Positions 7,494 through 10,485 of a stretch of DNA of 10,485 bases are shown here, in pieces (position 1 is the stretch's first letter; each line of letters starts with the position of its first letter). The DNA is from Calditrichaceae bacterium (GTDB lineage Bacteria > Calditrichota > Calditrichia > Calditrichales > Calditrichaceae), in the NCBI GenBank assembly GCA_016928315.1, contig JAFGKZ010000101.1, positions 1 through 10,485 on the forward strand, in the 5' to 3' direction. Below the pieces are notes generated by a model. That model was not told the origin of the DNA and searched no databases. It saw nothing but the letters and a program-made list of their open reading frames with translations. The position numbers and the translations under genes are program-made.

Positions 7494-8078
7494 ATGCCTG
7501 TAAACCCAGAAGACCTGAAAATACCGGAACTCTTTTATTCCGAAGCCAGCGGAAAACCATTTGACACGTGCATAGATTGTAATAAAGATTTGCTAAGGGG
7601 CAATCAGGAATATGTAATCGAAAAAGCTTTCAAAAAATATCCGGACTATAATGCTAATGATACCATATTTGAATATGCCATTTGTATTGAATGCGCCGAA
7701 CAACTGTTTATGTCATTCTCAGAATCATCGCGGAAAGCTATTGAAGAGTATTTTAAACAGCATGTCGATATAGAGAATCAACTTAAAAATCTATCGAAAA
7801 TTGATACATTTAATCTGGATGACCATCTTAATAAATGTATGGTTAAAGGTGTGACAATAGAAAATTTACAGGAATATCAAATGGTATGTTACTGCCGGGG
7901 CAATCAAATAAGTATATTTCGCCCGCCATATATGATAAGCGGGGAAGCGGCTGATGAAGTAATGCAGTTATTATCAAATGCAACCATCGATGTTTTGAAC
8001 AGGTTTACGGATGAATTTTTGGGCCTGCCTCCGGAATTTAAGGATTTGTTTAAAGACAAACCGATGCTGGTTTTTTAA
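7494..8078 (+). CDS. Hypothetical Cys-rich protein (two CxxC pairs; possible zinc-ribbon-like N-terminal module)
   Basis: 194-aa ORF with no family I can recognise. C26/C29 (CIDC) and C64/C67 (CIEC) form a plausible 4-Cys metal site encoded around nt 7569-7694. Further Cys lie at 115, 133, 135. No TM helices or signal peptide. Weak SD (GGAA). Confidence 0.55.
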   Translation: MPVNPEDLKIPELFYSEASGKPFDTCIDCNKDLLRGNQEYVIEKAFKKYPDYNANDTIFEYAICIECAEQLFMSFSESSRKAIEEYFKQHVDIENQLKNLSKIDTFNLDDHLNKCMVKGVTIENLQEYQMVCYCRGNQISIFRPPYMISGEAADEVMQLLSNATIDVLNRFTDEFLGLPPEFKDLFKDKPMLVF

Positions 8079-8147
8079 ATGAGTAAATTTACATAAAAAT
8101 TTTGTAACTATTCAAAAGCAGGTTTTTTATTATATTTTATGGAATAG

Positions 8148-8156
8148 TGGTATAAT
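8148..8156 (+). promoter_or_regulatory. Candidate extended -10 promoter element (TGgTATAAT) upstream of the 8253-10384 gene trio
   Basis: Exact TGnTATAAT at 8148-8156, about 97 nt upstream of ATG 8253. There is no good -35 hexamer, which is compatible with extended -10 promoters. Confidence 0.3.
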
Positions 8157-8252
8157 GAAACTATAATGATACGATTGCAAAACAGTTTTCCAATGTTCCA
8201 ACATTCCATTCTTCCAGTTGTATTGATAATTTAAATAGTATATCGGAAACAG

Positions 8253-8930
8253 ATGAATTCAATAGAAATTAAAAATGTTGTGCTTCGACATGGCGCCGAT
8301 ATATGCGGTATTGCCCCGGTTAATCGTTTTACAGATGCGCCGAAAGGATTCCACCCAGTTGATATATTTGATAAATGCAGATCGGTAATTGTTTATGCTA
8401 AGGCGATGCCTTCAGGTTCGAATACGGCTCAGAATTGTATTCCTTATACATATATGAATCAAATGATTACTCAGGAAGTTGATAAGTTAACTTTTAAATT
8501 ATGCATCGAATTTGAAAAATCGGGAATGCATGTTGTTCCGATCCCATCGGATGATCCATATGAATACTGGCTGGAAGAGGAACAGTGCGGTCGGGCTATT
8601 TTATCTTTGCGACATGCCGGTTATTTGGCAGGATTGGGTGTTCTGGGTAAGAATACCCTACTCATGAATGATCGGTTTGGTAATATGATCCAGTTAGGCG
8701 CTGTTTTATCAGACGCCATTCTGGATGGCGATCCCCTTGCTGATTATGAGGGCTGCCTGAACGATTGTACCATTTGTTTGGAAGAATGTCCCTTAAACGC
8801 GCTTGATGGAAAAGCAGTCAATCAAAAACTTTGCCGTTCCCTGTCAAATTTCAGGCATGAAAAAGGATATGTTCTGAAAAAGTGTAACACATGCAGAACG
8901 AGCTGTCCTTTCTGTACGGGGATTAATTAA
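8253..8930 (+). CDS. Short QueG/RdhA-like 4Fe-4S cluster protein (DUF1730-like N-terminus plus 2x Fe-S motif; lacks the long C-terminal region of full-length epoxyqueuosine reductase)
   Basis: 225 aa. The N-terminus ADICGIAPVNRFTDAP..HP...SVIVYA resembles the QueG N-terminal region. Motif 1 CLNDCTICLEECP (nt about 8754-8792) has C-x3-C-x2-C-x3-CP, one residue longer than the canonical C-x2-C-x2-C-x3-CP. Motif 2 is QKLCRSLSN...CNTCRTSCP (nt about 8832-8909). Block similarity to B. subtilis QueG: CGSCTKCLDACP, QRCISFLTQ, YGCDTCQTVCPLN. Confidence 0.55.
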   Translation: MNSIEIKNVVLRHGADICGIAPVNRFTDAPKGFHPVDIFDKCRSVIVYAKAMPSGSNTAQNCIPYTYMNQMITQEVDKLTFKLCIEFEKSGMHVVPIPSDDPYEYWLEEEQCGRAILSLRHAGYLAGLGVLGKNTLLMNDRFGNMIQLGAVLSDAILDGDPLADYEGCLNDCTICLEECPLNALDGKAVNQKLCRSLSNFRHEKGYVLKKCNTCRTSCPFCTGIN

Positions 8931-8954
8931 TCCAAGATACCGGTTTGTCATTTT

Positions 8955-9950
8955 ATGATGTACAACAAGTATTTATCTGTTACATTACCTCTAATAAAGA
9001 AGTTTAATATATTTTTAATCATTCTGATTAACTGGCAATGTATGGCAACACTTCCAAGAGATGTAATTCCGGAATCGGGTACCTATGAACGTGAATTGGA
9101 TATTTCGGTTGCGGGTCAAAATCGCAATTATCTGATCCATATACCTAAGAATTATAGCATCAGTAAAAAAGTACCTTTAGTTGTTTTAATACACGGCGCT
9201 TTTAGCACGGCCAAACATATGCAAAAACAATCCGGTTTTAGTGAGTTGGCAGATCGGGAGGGGTTCTTAGTTGCCTATCCAAACGGCGCTTTTGGTTTAT
9301 TTGGATTTTTTCAGCACTGGAATGCCGGCCACTGCTGCGGTAAAGCACAATCGGATAATATCGATGATGTTGGATTTTTAGTTGATGTGATTAAGGATAT
9401 TCAACATCAGTTTAATGTCGATTCATCTCGGATTTACATGGTTGGGTTTTCCAACGGCGGTATGCTGACCTACCGGTTTGCCGCAGAACATACAGAAATA
9501 CTGGCAGCGGCAGCCCCCATGGCCGCATCATTGGGCGGAAGGGCTTCGGCTGCAGATTCAATTTGGATAGCGCCGCAGCCAAAATCAAAATTACCTTTAA
9601 TTATTTTTCATGCGGAAGATGATAGGCATGTACCGTATTCCGGCGGCAGCAGTCCTAAAAAAGGCGGGGAACGAGAGTACGTTTCGGTAAAAGAATGTAT
9701 TAATTTCTGGATAGAAAATAACGGATGCGCGCAAAATCCAATCGAAGAAAAAATATATCAAAATGCTGTGACGCATAAAACCTGGTCTTCTGGTCTTGAT
9801 GATAACGATATTGAGTTGTATTTATTAAAAGAATGGGGACATAAATGGCCAGGAGGAACATTTACAAAAAATTTAGATACAGTTAATCCGTTATCACGAT
9901 TTGATGCCGCTGAATTAATCTGGCAATTTTTTAAAAAACATGAAAGATAG
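8955..9950 (+). CDS. Secreted alpha/beta-hydrolase esterase of the PHB-depolymerase / LpqC / feruloyl-esterase family
   Basis: 331 aa. Hydrophobic N-terminus (FNIFLIILINW) consistent with a signal peptide. Family-typical blocks are present: PLVVLIHGAFSTA, GFLVAYPNG, WNAGHCCG. The nucleophile elbow GFSNGG (Ser166, nt about 9444-9458) is a GxSxG motif. The true start may be the internal Met (MATLPRD). It lies 24 nt downstream of the previous gene. Confidence 0.78.
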   Translation: MMYNKYLSVTLPLIKKFNIFLIILINWQCMATLPRDVIPESGTYERELDISVAGQNRNYLIHIPKNYSISKKVPLVVLIHGAFSTAKHMQKQSGFSELADREGFLVAYPNGAFGLFGFFQHWNAGHCCGKAQSDNIDDVGFLVDVIKDIQHQFNVDSSRIYMVGFSNGGMLTYRFAAEHTEILAAAAPMAASLGGRASAADSIWIAPQPKSKLPLIIFHAEDDRHVPYSGGSSPKKGGEREYVSVKECINFWIENNGCAQNPIEEKIYQNAVTHKTWSSGLDDNDIELYLLKEWGHKWPGGTFTKNLDTVNPLSRFDAAELIWQFFKKHER

Positions 9951-9952
9951 AC

Positions 9953-10384
9953 ATGGGCTATAAATTAAAACGGGAAGAAATTTTAAAATTTATCTTAGAG
10001 AATCCAATCTTCTCTTTAGCAACCTGCGCAGATAACCAACCTTATGCCAGAATGATAATGATGTACAAGGCAGATAAAGAAAATGGTATCATATTTTCTA
10101 CCTGGAAACAGAAAGATTTATATCATCAGTTAACGTTTAATCCCAATGTCGAATTATGTTTTTATAATACTCAACAGGGCAAACAACTACGGATAAAAGG
10201 GCGTGTGGAAATTTTAGAGGATGAATTTTTAAAGAAAAAAATCGGGATGAAATTTCAATTTCTTCGTCCTCAAATTGAAAAATTTGGCTATGATTCTATG
10301 ATGGTTTGCCGTTTAAAAAACGGCAAGGCGACATTCTGGAACATGGCTTCCGCATTTGATGAAAAAACTTATTTTAATTTCTAG
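9953..10384 (+). CDS. Pyridoxamine 5'-phosphate oxidase-like FMN-binding split-barrel protein (PNPOx/general stress protein 26-like)
   Basis: 143 aa. The blocks EEILKFILENPIFSLATCADNQPYARMIMMYKADKENGIIFSTWKQKDLYHQL...NVELCFYN...LRIKGRVEILEDEFLKKKI follow the PNPOx-like pattern (ATv..dG.P..R.m.f...dg..l.F.T...s.K...l..NP.V.l.f.d....y.ri.G.a.i..d). The start is 2 nt after the upstream stop, so it is co-transcribed with the esterase. Confidence 0.72.
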   Translation: MGYKLKREEILKFILENPIFSLATCADNQPYARMIMMYKADKENGIIFSTWKQKDLYHQLTFNPNVELCFYNTQQGKQLRIKGRVEILEDEFLKKKIGMKFQFLRPQIEKFGYDSMMVCRLKNGKATFWNMASAFDEKTYFNF

Positions 10385-10485
10385 TCCGATCCTTACTCTT
10401 TGTTCTTTTAGCATTATTCCTATTTAATTTTTTAAGATTATTTGTTATTTTATCGTGATGCATTAATAGTCTGATATCCATACTA

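Noticed and set aside
8084-8093. Perfect 10-bp palindrome GTAAATTTAC downstream of the Cys-rich gene
   Set aside because: Short AT-only palindromes are common by chance in AT-rich intergenic DNA. There is no flanking T-tract or second copy.
1-10485. Searched for CRISPR repeats, tRNA-like cloverleaf segments, IS terminal inverted repeats, integrase or transposase ORFs, and defence-system hallmarks (nucleases, ATPases, TIR/SIR2, reverse transcriptase)
   Set aside because: None found. There are no regularly spaced direct repeats and no proteins with those signatures. The SPFH/NfeD pair here matches the housekeeping floT operon rather than any defence module I can name, so I do not claim a defence system.

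Overview
This is an AT-rich bacterial segment of about 10.5 kb. All eleven credible protein-coding genes lie on the + strand, and most have recognisable Shine-Dalgarno sequences (GGAG/AGGAGG) 5-10 nt upstream of the start. I found no tRNA, rRNA, CRISPR array, transposase, integrase or toxin/nuclease signature. In gene order the content is: (1) a DUF4386-like polytopic membrane protein; (2) a medium-chain dehydrogenase/reductase (MDR)-family NAD(P)H quinone oxidoreductase, translationally coupled to the membrane protein; (3) a DUF805 small membrane protein; (4) a signal-peptide-bearing calcineurin-like metallophosphoesterase with three domains; (5) a 107-aa protein with a Rho-N-like (SAP-like) domain and a Lys/Arg/Glu-rich helical tail; (6-7) a classic NfeD-like plus FloT-type flotillin (SPFH/band-7) operon, closed by a clear Rho-independent terminator; (8) an orphan Cys-rich (2x CxxC) hypothetical protein; and (9-11) a tightly packed trio made of a short QueG/RdhA-like 4Fe-4S protein, a secreted PHB-depolymerase/feruloyl-esterase-family alpha/beta hydrolase, and a PNPOx-like FMN-binding split-barrel protein. 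Gene order and strong SD usage resemble low-GC Gram-positive-style genome organisation (B. subtilis yuaF-floT arrangement), but I cannot assign phylogeny from sequence alone. I see no compelling evidence of a known mobile element or defence island. The most system-like, least textbook parts are the Rho_N-like small protein immediately upstream of the NfeD-flotillin module, the orphan Cys-rich protein, and the Fe-S/esterase/PNPOx trio. All minus-strand ORFs in the provided track overlap strong + strand genes and look spurious.
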